From an uncultured archaeon (lineage in GTDB: Archaea > Thermoplasmatota > Thermoplasmata > Thermoplasmatales > Thermoplasmataceae), in the NCBI GenBank assembly GCA_000965745.1, contig CP009479.1:672001-736000 (forward strand): 64,000 nucleotides of DNA, given 5' to 3'. The translations under genes were made by a program, and so were the position numbers. How positions within the stretch are numbered: the first letter of the stretch is position 1; each line of letters starts with the position of its first letter. Of this stretch, positions 11,167 through 21,222 are shown in pieces. Under the pieces are notes generated by a model that saw only the letters and a program-made list of their open reading frames with translations, made no database searches and was not told where the DNA came from.

Positions 11167-11928
11167 ATGATTCCAATGATAGGCGAATTCAGGGAAAAAG
11201 TCAAGAGTTCCAGGGACCTCCTTGGACCCTTAGTGAGCATTTATGATCCGTCAGTTGCGGAGACTTTGTTGCCATTGCATCCAGATTTGCTGGTTGTGGA
11301 CATGGAACATTCAGTTATTGATGTGAGGTCATTGCAGAGTATTGTAATGGCTTCCGGCGAGACGCCCATTCTTGCAAGAATAAGGGGGCTTGAAAAGAAC
11401 GAGATTAAGAAAGTGCTTGACACCGGTGTGGCAGGCATCATAATACCCGGCATAAGGACTGTTGAGGAAGCCGAGCAGGCCGTCATGTTCTCAAAGCTGC
11501 CTCCAGAGGGAATAAGGGGAGCAGGTCCGGGAAGGGCATCCGGTTACGGATACCAATTTCAGGATTACGCTGGAAAAGCAAACAAATCCCTTGTTATAAT
11601 TCAGATAGAGACAAGGAAGGCATTCAGCGATCTGGAAGAAATTCTTTCCGTGAAGGGCCTGGATGGCTATTTCATCGGGCCAATGGATCTCTCCATAAGC
11701 CTTGGAATGGAATATTCATGGAACAATCCAACCTTCGTTGAGGCTATAGACAAAGTGGTCAGGGAAGGCAAGAAGAGAAACCTCATAAGTGGAATATACA
11801 CCCCATTGAACGGAAAAGACTTCAAGAGAGTGAAAGAGAGGGGCTTCAACTTCATCATGTTCGGGTCGGACAGGCAGGCAATGACCATAACCTACGAAAA
11901 TTCACTGAACGGGTACAGGGACCTGTGA
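11167..11928 (+). CDS. HpcH/HpaI aldolase family
   Basis: DMEH, LDTG, PPEGIRG, IQIET, FIGPMDLS. Confidence 0.9.
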   Translation: MIPMIGEFREKVKSSRDLLGPLVSIYDPSVAETLLPLHPDLLVVDMEHSVIDVRSLQSIVMASGETPILARIRGLEKNEIKKVLDTGVAGIIIPGIRTVEEAEQAVMFSKLPPEGIRGAGPGRASGYGYQFQDYAGKANKSLVIIQIETRKAFSDLEEILSVKGLDGYFIGPMDLSISLGMEYSWNNPTFVEAIDKVVREGKKRNLISGIYTPLNGKDFKRVKERGFNFIMFGSDRQAMTITYENSLNGYRDL

Positions 11929-11978
11929 GCCTTTAAGGCACGCACTGATAATAAAATTTTTAAAAGGTGAGTAAAAAA

Positions 11979-13595
11979 CTACTCACCAAACTGTGTTCTT
12001 CTGTATATTTTTACGATTGCACCGGCGATGAGAAACAGTATCGCAAGCCCTATTCCGTATAATGCCCCGTTTGTAAGGGAATTGTCCGGAATTCCCGAAA
12101 TCACGTATATTATCGCTACCGATGACATGGCAAACCCACCTGAGTATGCCACGTAGTACCTGCTTCTCATCATTCTGGGACTCTCTTCTTCAACGATTTC
12201 TGGCTTTTCATTCAGAATTATGAACAGAGAGATGAAAGAAATGCTCGCTGCCATAGCGAGGAGTACAAGGGGGATCTCATACATCATCGCCCTGCTTGTC
12301 AGAAAAGCTGACAGCAGCATTCCAAGGCCAAAGGACGAAAGCCCCAGGAACGTGAAATTTATGAATATACGCTCCGGATGGGGATGCTTTAGCCTACCTC
12401 TTTTTATCCATCCAGTCACAGAGTACACCAGGAGGAACACCACAACAGCAGGTATCAGAAAGAAGAGCAGAACCTCCCAGTCAGGTATTATTACACCTGG
12501 TGTGAGCGCTCCCCATATTGAAAGCCCCATCATGTATATGAGACCAACAATCCCGAGGGAAACGGTGAGTGGCCTTTCAACCAGTTTAAGGCTGCTTCCA
12601 CGATCCAGTATCGGCAGAAGGAGCAGATAGATAAGGGGCGCACCTCCAAACAGGACTGTTCCCCAGAAAGTGCCTATTACTGATACCATGTTAAAGTCCA
12701 TCGCCTTGTAGACAAACAGCAGGAACCACGGGGGGTATGGAGGTACTATCGAAGCAAGGGGGCTGCTCGGCGATACCTGCGGCAGTGGGGAGAAGAGCGC
12801 AGGGACATTCGAAATAAGTGTCAGCACTGATGGGATAAGCAATATCATGAAGAACATGAAGAAGGTGAGCTCAACCATGTACAGTATGTTATACGGGTAC
12901 CATGGCTTGTAATCCGGCTTCTCATGGTCTATCAATGGAGCTTTGAACTCTTTTTTGGTGATCTTGGGCATGATGGTGTTGAACTCCGCAATTATGAAAT
13001 GTACCATGAAGAGCACGCCAATAAGTGCTGTCAGAACAATGTGCCATCCAAGCATCCTTTGAAACAGTGACAATGCCGTGCCATCCCCGAAAAAGATCCT
13101 CTCTATGTATCCACCAATAAGTGGGGCTCCCTGGGCAATACCCCTGCCAACATCAGTTGCGTCTGCTGACAGGACATCCCCGCTCATGGAATACCCGAAG
13201 AACCCTACTCCTATTGTAAGCAGAAGGAGCAGAATACCGGTAAACCATTGCGTCATCCTCGGCTTTTTGAAGGCTCCCACAAAGAGATTTCTCAGAAGAT
13301 GCGCATAAAGAAGCACAATCATTGCATAGGCGCCGTAAAGGTGGGTGGTAAGTATCACTGAACCAAAAGGCGTGGAATTAAGAAAATTCGTTGTGCTGCC
13401 ATACGCATTTGCAGGCTGATAGTAGAACAGTATAACCAGGCCAGTCAGAGCCTCATAAAGAAAAGCTATTGTAACCAGCGCACCCGTCCAGTACCATATT
13501 CCACCCTTTTTCCTCATGTAGTCAGGAACCCTTCTTGGTATCGGCTGGGGGTCATTCATCATTTTTACAAAAACAGGATCATTCTTTTCTGTCAT
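11979..13595 (-). CDS. Cytochrome b subunit of a bc-type complex (extended archaeal type)
   Basis: Heme His pairs HLYGA..HLLR and WHI..VHF; PPYPPWF (PEWY-equivalent); extra C-terminal TMs. Confidence 0.9.
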   Translation of the reverse strand: MTEKNDPVFVKMMNDPQPIPRRVPDYMRKKGGIWYWTGALVTIAFLYEALTGLVILFYYQPANAYGSTTNFLNSTPFGSVILTTHLYGAYAMIVLLYAHLLRNLFVGAFKKPRMTQWFTGILLLLLTIGVGFFGYSMSGDVLSADATDVGRGIAQGAPLIGGYIERIFFGDGTALSLFQRMLGWHIVLTALIGVLFMVHFIIAEFNTIMPKITKKEFKAPLIDHEKPDYKPWYPYNILYMVELTFFMFFMILLIPSVLTLISNVPALFSPLPQVSPSSPLASIVPPYPPWFLLFVYKAMDFNMVSVIGTFWGTVLFGGAPLIYLLLLPILDRGSSLKLVERPLTVSLGIVGLIYMMGLSIWGALTPGVIIPDWEVLLFFLIPAVVVFLLVYSVTGWIKRGRLKHPHPERIFINFTFLGLSSFGLGMLLSAFLTSRAMMYEIPLVLLAMAASISFISLFIILNEKPEIVEEESPRMMRSRYYVAYSGGFAMSSVAIIYVISGIPDNSLTNGALYGIGLAILFLIAGAIVKIYRRTQFGE

Positions 13596-13605
13596 TTCTT
13601 GCCTC

Positions 13606-14367
13606 CTACTTTGGTGTCCCCGAATTAGATACCTGAGTTTGCGTGTCCGACGACAGGGGGGAGTTTCCTTTCAGGTCATCTGTCTGGCCATAAATCGTTG
13701 GCCCAACCATCGACACTGCCTTGTATGTATCTGAAGTTGAATCATAGTTCAGGACAATATTCGGAAGAGGTTTCTGCGTGGGCCCGCTTAATATGCCGAA
13801 TCCGTTTAGCGGATCATAAGTGCTGCCATGGCAATTGCAGTGAACAAAGCCTTTGTTGCTCGCCCCGGAATAAGAAGTCCCGGGAATGCTGGATCCTGGC
13901 TTGTAGAAGTGAATCATAGGGGGTACGCAACCCAGATGTTCACAGATTGCGCTGGCTGCAACCACAGATTTGTACGGCCCAACCCCGCCTGGAGACTGGA
14001 ATTTCTTGCCTGAGGAAGGGACTGACACATTTACCGATTTTACTTCAACATCTCTGTTGCTGGAATCTCCCATTCTGAGGAGAAAATTTGGCTCTCCCTG
14101 AAGAGGATATTCGAAAAGCACAACTGACGGATCGTTTACCTTGATGTCTGAGGTAGACACCGGCTGCCCCGACGCCGAATTCACGAGTGTCAGGGACGGG
14201 AAACCTGTTATACCCACATCTTTTGGTATTATGTTCTGAACAAGCCCCCTGCCGACTCCCCCTACAGCTGCTGCTACAGCTACTACGGACATGGCCTTTA
14301 AGAAATTTCGTTTGGAAGGATCCCGTATCTCTATGTCAACAGGATTCTCCTTCACATTTTCATCCAT
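13606..14367 (-). CDS. Rieske 2Fe-2S protein (SoxL-like), Tat-type signal
   Basis: KRNFLK Tat-like motif, CEHLGC and CNCHGS. Confidence 0.93.
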   Translation of the reverse strand: MDENVKENPVDIEIRDPSKRNFLKAMSVVAVAAAVGGVGRGLVQNIIPKDVGITGFPSLTLVNSASGQPVSTSDIKVNDPSVVLFEYPLQGEPNFLLRMGDSSNRDVEVKSVNVSVPSSGKKFQSPGGVGPYKSVVAASAICEHLGCVPPMIHFYKPGSSIPGTSYSGASNKGFVHCNCHGSTYDPLNGFGILSGPTQKPLPNIVLNYDSTSDTYKAVSMVGPTIYGQTDDLKGNSPLSSDTQTQVSNSGTPK

Positions 14368-14383
14368 TGAGACATGCCTCCGA

Positions 14384-15601
14384 TTACTGTGCGAATACTG
14401 TACCGGTCATCCATCCCGGAGTTGACATCGCACCGTTCCATCCAGCATTGCCGGAACCACAAGCTGCTTCACACTGCCACGTGTAGCTTCCTGAATTGAG
14501 AGTGAACGAAGTCTGTATCACGCTTGATGGTGTGACAGGTATGTTGATCACTGTGCTTGCCCCACTCAGGAGAGTGAATGTGTGGGCGATGTTCGTGTCA
14601 GGAACATTTGAGACAGGGGCAGTTCCATTCACTACTATCCCATTGGATCCCTGGCTCGAATTGACGTTGGTCTCATTTACTATAGTGATCTGGTTGTTCG
14701 TAGTTCCAGTTACGTTTGCGTATGTAGCTGCTGTATCGGCTGGCCCATCATCATAGTTAACTATTGTGGCAACTATCTTCTTTCCTGCTGGGAGTGTTAT
14801 GTTCTCTGTCGATACCAGCTTTCCATTGTCAAGCACGTAGTAAGCCGGCTGATCTGTTACTGTGTTGTTAAACCAGTTGCTGGTGGATATGAGAAGTGTG
14901 AGTGAGTAGTAGTTCTGTGCCGGAACTGAGCTGGAGACATATACTGCACCGGTCATCCATCCCGGAGTTGACATCGCACCGTTCCATCCAGCATTGCCGG
15001 AACCACAAGCTGCTTCACACTGCCACGTGTAGCTTCCTGAATTGAGAGTGAAGGATGCCTGAATTGTGGATGACGGTGTTATGGGAAGGTTAACGACCTC
15101 CTTTGTACCACTGAATACTGTGAATGTATGGGCAATATTCGAATCGGGAACATGGGTGACTGTCTGGCTTCCGGATACGCTTATTCCGTTTCCGCTGTAG
15201 CTTGAATTTATATTTGTCTCATTGAAAATTGTCATTTCATTGTTCGTAGTTCCGGTGACGTTTGCATAGGCTTGGGCTGTTGTTGCTGGCCCATCATCAT
15301 AATTGATTATGGTCAAATCAATCTGAGTGTTTGACGGAAGCGTTATGTTGGCAGACGATTGCAGCTGTCCGTCATTCAGAACATAAAAGGCTGGCTGATC
15401 TCCTACAGTGCTGTTATAGATGTTGCTTGTTGTTATTACCAAGGTAAGGGAATATGGTGCAACAGTGGCTGGCTGACTGTTGCCGGGATTTCCCGGACCT
15501 TTGGCGCTCTGGCTGATTTCCTGATCATAGACGGCTCCTATGGAGATGCCGCCTATGATTATAACAGCGGCTATTAAAGCATATAGTACATTATCTTGCA
15601 T
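14384..15601 (-). CDS. Membrane-anchored tandem two-domain cupredoxin-like protein
   Basis: N-terminal TM; two homologous ~180-aa domains, each with NYDDG..AHTFT..WQCEAACG..GAM..GWMTG; first gene of the Rieske/cyt b operon. Confidence 0.7.
   Translation of the reverse strand: MQDNVLYALIAAVIIIGGISIGAVYDQEISQSAKGPGNPGNSQPATVAPYSLTLVITTSNIYNSTVGDQPAFYVLNDGQLQSSANITLPSNTQIDLTIINYDDGPATTAQAYANVTGTTNNEMTIFNETNINSSYSGNGISVSGSQTVTHVPDSNIAHTFTVFSGTKEVVNLPITPSSTIQASFTLNSGSYTWQCEAACGSGNAGWNGAMSTPGWMTGAVYVSSSVPAQNYYSLTLLISTSNWFNNTVTDQPAYYVLDNGKLVSTENITLPAGKKIVATIVNYDDGPADTAATYANVTGTTNNQITIVNETNVNSSQGSNGIVVNGTAPVSNVPDTNIAHTFTLLSGASTVINIPVTPSSVIQTSFTLNSGSYTWQCEAACGSGNAGWNGAMSTPGWMTGTVFAQ
14402..15052. repeat. 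105-bp perfect direct repeat (14402-14506 and 14948-15052)
   Basis: Base-by-base identity; offset 546 bp (182 codons). Confidence 0.95.
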
Positions 15602-16030
15602 ACCGATACGCTAATGATCTTCGGGTGTGAAAAAAGGGGTTCCTAAAATATTAGTACTTCCTACAAAGGACAAGAGAGTTACTATCAAGTCAGCGACTGT
15701 CTTGAGACTTATTTTCATTCACATGTTAAACCTTATATTTAAGGCTTCAGTTGAAAAAAGTGCATGGAAAATCACTCTTTTAGGCTATTTTGACTTAGAA
15801 ACCATTTCAGGAAGAACCACAGATTAAAATACAATTATTAGGCAGGAATTTGCTAGTTCCAAAGTTCGTGCGTTTTCTCCTCAGAATCCTAGTTTCAGAG
15901 GATCTTGCAGCTATTCTGCAATGTCCCAACAAAAAACAGGAAGATATGCATGCCTTCAGGAGGCATTGTTTCAGGCAATTTTAAGAGAATGAACAAAAAA
16001 GGAGGGTATTTAACCCATATCTCGTAAGAG

Positions 16031-17173
16031 TTAAGACACATCCTTTAATAGATAGTCCTCAAAACGGTCAATTCCCGTTTCAAGCGTTTCCTTCGTGCCC
16101 GAAAATGATATCCTAACGCGGTGTTCTCCCTGATCCCCGAACGCTGTGCCTGGGAGCAGGGCAACATCGTATTTATTCAAAAGCCCCTTAGCCAGGTCCC
16201 CCGCTTCCACATTTTTGTCGTATGTGGGGAAAGCATAGAATGCTCCCTCCATTGGGCCACACTCAACACCCTCAATCTCGTTGAGCCTCTTGTATACAAA
16301 ATCCCTCTTTTCCCGGAACTCGTCCCTGAATTTCTTTATGAACCCGTCTCCGTTCTCAAGAGCATATGCAGAAGCCTTCTGTATGAAAGGGGGGGCGCAT
16401 GTGTACGTGTGCTCAATCACTCTTGCCATGTTCTTAATGATATCTTCACCTGCCACAGTGTATCCTGATCTCCAGCCTGTCATTGAGTAGCTTTTCGACA
16501 ACGTGAAAATGCTTATGACATGTTCTGGCGCATCTTCCAAGGAGCCAATTGAAACATGCTTCTTCTCGTATACCAGATCTTCGTATGCTTCATCACTAAT
16601 GATCTTGAAATTGTGTTCCTTTGCAAGCTCAATAAGCTCCTCCAGACTTTTTCTTTCCAGAACTCTTCCTGTAGGATTGGATGGAGTATTGAGGAAGACA
16701 GCAGAGGTGTCAGGCGTTATCTTCTCTTCGATTTTGGAAACATCCAGTGAGTTATCTTCCGAAAGGTTGTACACGACCGGTTCAAATCCGGCAAGTTTTG
16801 CAGGATCTCCATAAAAATAACCGGGATCAGGCATGAGGATTTCCCTCTTCTTCCCCGCAATTGCCAGCATTGCGGCGTATATTGCCTGCTTTGATGTCAT
16901 GAAAATTGTATTTTTGATCTCTGCATTGATGGAATTCTTCTTTGAAGTCTTGTTCACAACTGCATTCCTGAAGTCTGCTATTCCATAGGAAGAAGTGTAG
17001 TGCGTGTTTCCATTCAGCATCTCCCTGTTTGCAACGTCTATTATCTCCTTTGGGGTATCATACATTGGCTCCCCTATTGCGAGGGATATAAGCTTGTCCC
17101 CCCGTGCCAGCCTTTCAAGGACAATATTCACTACTTCAAGGGATGGTGACCCTTCGAGCTCACTGACATACAT
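16031..17173 (-). CDS. PLP-dependent aminotransferase class I/II
   Basis: IGEP, NTPSNPTG, SDEAY, SKSYSMTGWRSG; likely start ATG 17173. Confidence 0.92.
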   Translation of the reverse strand: MYVSELEGSPSLEVVNIVLERLARGDKLISLAIGEPMYDTPKEIIDVANREMLNGNTHYTSSYGIADFRNAVVNKTSKKNSINAEIKNTIFMTSKQAIYAAMLAIAGKKREILMPDPGYFYGDPAKLAGFEPVVYNLSEDNSLDVSKIEEKITPDTSAVFLNTPSNPTGRVLERKSLEELIELAKEHNFKIISDEAYEDLVYEKKHVSIGSLEDAPEHVISIFTLSKSYSMTGWRSGYTVAGEDIIKNMARVIEHTYTCAPPFIQKASAYALENGDGFIKKFRDEFREKRDFVYKRLNEIEGVECGPMEGAFYAFPTYDKNVEAGDLAKGLLNKYDVALLPGTAFGDQGEHRVRISFSGTKETLETGIDRFEDYLLKDVS

Positions 17174-17289
17174 GGTTTGAAGATATGGCATTTTTATTAT
17201 AAAACAATTCGAGTCATTATCTATCATGCCTTTGCCAGAGAATTTCCCTGAAAATTAATCATCTTTTCTAGCTTCACCAAGGGATAGTA

Positions 17290-17754
17290 TTGAAAGGAAC
17301 GCGAATTGACTACGGAAGCATAGAGCCTGAAGCAAGAAAGATCATATCACTTATTTCCAGATACGTGCGGAATTCCACACTGGAGCCTAAATTAGTGGAG
17401 CTTGTAAGGATCAGGGTCTCACAGATTAATGGGTGCGCGTTCTGCATTGACATGCACACACAGAATGCAAGGGCTGCAGGGGAAACAGAACAGAGATTGT
17501 ATTGTCTCAGTGCGTGGGTAGATTCTCCATTCTACAGCGAAAGAGAGAAAACCGCCCTGGAATTCGCCGAATATCTTTCGGATATTGGCAGGTCCGGAAT
17601 TCCTGACCACCTCTACCACAGGGTTCTCTCCCAATTCAATGAAAATGAGTACATAGCAATAGTCATGCTTGTCAACGAGATAAGCAGCTGGAACAGGCTT
17701 TCCATCTCTTGCGGTGCAACATCCGGAATGTATAAGGGAAAGAACACTGTTTGA
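17290..17754 (+). CDS. Carboxymuconolactone decarboxylase/AhpD-like protein
   Basis: ELVRIRVSQINGCAFCIDMH, WNRL. Confidence 0.9.
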   Translation: MKGTRIDYGSIEPEARKIISLISRYVRNSTLEPKLVELVRIRVSQINGCAFCIDMHTQNARAAGETEQRLYCLSAWVDSPFYSEREKTALEFAEYLSDIGRSGIPDHLYHRVLSQFNENEYIAIVMLVNEISSWNRLSISCGATSGMYKGKNTV

Positions 17755-17806
17755 CTGGATTCCATTCAGAAATCCAATTTATAATACTAAATGCGATAAC
17801 CGGTGT

Positions 17807-19465
17807 ATGCAGGTTGATGAAGAGGGAAGGATAGGAAATCTCACCATAAAGAACAGGATAGTTATGGCTCCCATGATATCCAATCTGGGGAATCCTGACG
17901 GGAGCACCAACAACAATCACATTGCTTATCTGGAGGAAAGGGCAAAGGGCGGAGCAGGACTCATCATCACCGAATACACTTACATCGACAGAATAAACAG
18001 CAGGGGTTCACGGAACCAGCTGGGAATGTACTCCACGAATCTTGTGCCGAAACTGAAAAGGCTTACTGAGAGGGTTCACGGCCATGGGTCCAGGATATTC
18101 ATGCAGCTTGTCCATGCGGGAGGAAAAGCCTCTAGCAGCATAAATGGGGTAGAACCCATGGCTCCTTCTGCAGTGGACTATATAGGCCACACTCCAAGGG
18201 AAATGTCCGGCGATGACATCGAAAATGTGATTGAATCATTCACAAAGGCAGCAAGGTACGCGTATCAGGCAAATTTTGACGGGATCGAGCTGCATGGAGC
18301 ACATGGATACCTCCTTCAGGAATTCATGTCTCCAGCACTTAACAAAAGGAATGACAGATTCGGCGGAAGTTTCGAGAACAGGCTCCGAATATCCCAGGAG
18401 ATAATTGACAGGATAAAAAGTGAACTCGACTTTACGGTGGGGATAAGGCTCAGCTTGTATGAGGATGACCTGGACGGGTACGATCCAGACTATGGCGTGA
18501 GAATCGCAGAGACTCTGAGAAATATTGATTATGCCCATTTCTCAGCAGGCAGGTTTGCACCTCCCGGCTCCTCCGCATCATTCTATGACAGTAGGACCCA
18601 TATACTCAACAGGCTTCCACGGAAGCCGGGTGTGGCAACAATGGTCGTGGGATCTGTGATCGGAAGGCAGGATGCTGAGGCCGTACTGAAGAAGGCTGAT
18701 TTTGTTTCGGTAGGAAGGGCAATGCTCGCTGACCCTTATTTTGCAAGCAAAGTGATGCACGATCCCTCATCTATTAGGCCCTGTATAAGGTGCAACCAGG
18801 GATGCAGAGATCTTGCCTATGGAGAAGTTAGATGTACTGTAAATCCCGACGTTGGGCATGAGAATTTCAAGCGTTTTTCCCGTTTCACAGGAAAAGTAAC
18901 CATAGTAGGGGCAGGAGTCAAAGGGCTGGAAGCGGCACTTACGGCGGCCAAGATTGGCCTCGATGTAACACTTTATGAAAAGAGAGAAGAAGTGGGTGGC
19001 CAGCTTCTTGATATATCCGACGAGAAGAAGAAAGCCGAATTTCTGCCCCTCCTGGAATACTACAGGACAGCACTTGCGAGGTTGGGCGTAGAGGTTGTCA
19101 CGGGTGAAGAGTATAGTGGTGAAGGGCTGTACTGCCTCCCCGACAGCATATATCCTGAGATTCAGGAGAAAGAAGAGGTTGCAATCGATTCCAATGTATT
19201 TCAGTACCATGATCTTGCCCTCAAACTATCGAGAAACCACAAAGTGTTTCTGTCAGAAAGAAGCCTTTCTAGCCTGGATAGGTCCAGGCAGATGAGATAC
19301 AGGGAATGTGCTGAAAACCTGGGAATCGAGATTGTGGATCACAGGGGCAGGACTTTCGACATCGTGCGATTTGAAAAGAGCCAGTATGACATTTCCAAGG
19401 CGATGTTATCTGGAAGGAATGCTATATTGGGGTATATTGAGGGGATAAACAGCTATCCCCTCTAA
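17807..19465 (+). CDS. NADH:flavin oxidoreductase (old yellow enzyme family) with Fe-S and FAD domains
   Basis: NRIVMAPM, ELHGAHGYL, CIRCNQGC..C, VGAGVKG; start ATG 17807. Confidence 0.92.
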   Translation: MQVDEEGRIGNLTIKNRIVMAPMISNLGNPDGSTNNNHIAYLEERAKGGAGLIITEYTYIDRINSRGSRNQLGMYSTNLVPKLKRLTERVHGHGSRIFMQLVHAGGKASSSINGVEPMAPSAVDYIGHTPREMSGDDIENVIESFTKAARYAYQANFDGIELHGAHGYLLQEFMSPALNKRNDRFGGSFENRLRISQEIIDRIKSELDFTVGIRLSLYEDDLDGYDPDYGVRIAETLRNIDYAHFSAGRFAPPGSSASFYDSRTHILNRLPRKPGVATMVVGSVIGRQDAEAVLKKADFVSVGRAMLADPYFASKVMHDPSSIRPCIRCNQGCRDLAYGEVRCTVNPDVGHENFKRFSRFTGKVTIVGAGVKGLEAALTAAKIGLDVTLYEKREEVGGQLLDISDEKKKAEFLPLLEYYRTALARLGVEVVTGEEYSGEGLYCLPDSIYPEIQEKEEVAIDSNVFQYHDLALKLSRNHKVFLSERSLSSLDRSRQMRYRECAENLGIEIVDHRGRTFDIVRFEKSQYDISKAMLSGRNAILGYIEGINSYPL

Positions 19466-20199
19466 AACTCATTTTTTCTTAGTCTTTTTTCTCTTTTTTC
19501 CTTTACTCTCTCCACGTCCTTCTTCTCCTGATCGGTAAGTTCAACTTCTTCCTCTGGAACCTCAACCACGAATTCTGGAGGGATCTCCCTTACAAGAAAA
19601 ACATCTTCTGTTGCCCTGTAGACGGGGTAGCCTGCTTCAGCAAGCTTGACAGTATCAACACCGACAATAGTGGGGGAATCTACGTGGTACAGACCCGATA
19701 CAAAAGCCTGTCTGTAAGTATGTGAAAGGTGTATCCAGGTCTTGTCTGATGGGCTTATGCCGGTCTCGTTGATTAATTCAAGTTCCTCCTCAGTGGTCTG
19801 ATAATATAGAACTTCCGGGACACCATCCGTGGGAAGATCATCCATCTCTATGGGTATAGTGTGCCCATAGGCTGCCCTTATCTCATGATTGCCGCTTACC
19901 TGGTATCGTTCTTTTGGGTCTGTGAGAGCCATGGACTCGATATGCCTCGCTGTCAACCAGCCGAAACTCTTCCTTCTCGCCCTAATTGCCGGCACTATTG
20001 AGTATATCCTCACCCATCCATGGTCATCGAGCCTGACCCCATAATTCTCAGGAAAATGTCTCAGCATACCGGCCAGGATTCTTCCAAGGCCCTCTATCTC
20101 ATACTCATTCATCAGTCTTTTGCCGCGGTCACCGCACTGGGGGCACCCGCTTCCTCTGAATACCCCGTGCTCAAAACATTCCCTAAGATCCTCTCCCAT
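19462..20199 (-). CDS. kptA: RNA 2'-phosphotransferase (Tpt1/KptA) with N-terminal Zn-ribbon
   Basis: LRHFP, KERY, IRAAYGHT, IHLS; CFEH..CPQC. Confidence 0.9.
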   Translation of the reverse strand: MGEDLRECFEHGVFRGSGCPQCGDRGKRLMNEYEIEGLGRILAGMLRHFPENYGVRLDDHGWVRIYSIVPAIRARRKSFGWLTARHIESMALTDPKERYQVSGNHEIRAAYGHTIPIEMDDLPTDGVPEVLYYQTTEEELELINETGISPSDKTWIHLSHTYRQAFVSGLYHVDSPTIVGVDTVKLAEAGYPVYRATEDVFLVREIPPEFVVEVPEEEVELTDQEKKDVERVKEKREKRLRKNEF

Positions 20200-21056
20200 T
20201 AGAGACCCCCTCTCAATCTTTCCGCCACTTCCTCTGCTATGCTAATGGTGCTGTACTCACTCTGAATGGTGTCCGTGACAGCAACCTCGTCAGCTGCATC
20301 CTTTATTCTGGCAGCTGAGTTGTTGGTGAATATGCCATGGACGGCGGAAATGTAAACATTGGTCGCGCCTTTCTCGCGCATAATAGATGCTGACTTCATT
20401 ATTGTGCCTCCTGTTGAAATGATATCGTCAACAAGGAGAACTTTTTTCCCTTTAAGCTCAACATCAGGAACTTCCATCCTCACTGTCCTTGAATCCACCC
20501 TCACTTTGTTCAGATAAAAGGTCTTGACACCAAGAACCCTCGATATTTCTTCTGCCCTTACTGATCCCCCGTCATCGGGGGAAACAACGTAATCTATGCC
20601 ATAGCTGTTGAAATGCTTGGCTATGGACTTGATGATGCTGATGTTTTCAAACGGTACCGGGGAGTAGCCCAATGTCTCCTCATCATGTATGTCCACCACG
20701 TACATCCTGTCTGCCGATGAGGCAAGAGATTGTGTAAAAACCTTGGAAGAGATTGCTTCTCCCGGATTGTATACCCGGTGCTGCCTTGAATACCCGAAAT
20801 AAGGGAAAACAACAGTCAGTTCATCTGGTGAAGCCTCTCTGACCGCATTCAAAGTGAGAAGCATTTCAATAATGTCAGCATCCATACTGGTGTTTCCTAC
20901 CACTGCAACATCGTGCCCTGATATCTCTTCATTGATTCGAACGTAAAGCTCACCGTCGGGGAATCGCTTGACAGTCTTGTCTGCAACTTTTGCATTGAGC
21001 TCCCTGCCCAAATCATCGCTGAGTTTCTGACCGGATGAGGTAGGTATGATAAGCAT
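20199..21056 (-). CDS. prs: Ribose-phosphate pyrophosphokinase
   Basis: FPDGE, PYFGYSRQ, VSPDDGG, VDDIISTGGT. Confidence 0.95.
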   Translation of the reverse strand: MLIIPTSSGQKLSDDLGRELNAKVADKTVKRFPDGELYVRINEEISGHDVAVVGNTSMDADIIEMLLTLNAVREASPDELTVVFPYFGYSRQHRVYNPGEAISSKVFTQSLASSADRMYVVDIHDEETLGYSPVPFENISIIKSIAKHFNSYGIDYVVSPDDGGSVRAEEISRVLGVKTFYLNKVRVDSRTVRMEVPDVELKGKKVLLVDDIISTGGTIMKSASIMREKGATNVYISAVHGIFTNNSAARIKDAADEVAVTDTIQSEYSTISIAEEVAERLRGGL

Positions 21057-21222
21057 GTGAAACGAAGTGGTTATGTTCTTTACTTTTAAAAAATCTTTTG
21101 AGGACGCCGTTGAATTTTTTCATAGAAAGTGTTCTCCTTCTGAAAACCCACACGATGACAGGAGAGATGGCTGGAATGATGGATTGTAAATGTTTATTAT
21201 CAAATACCTGGATTAGGCTATT

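Noticed and set aside
14402-15052. 105-bp repeat as a DGR template/variable pair served by the RT
   Set aside because: The copies are identical with no adenine-specific differences, both are coding, and the RT is embedded in a group II intron.
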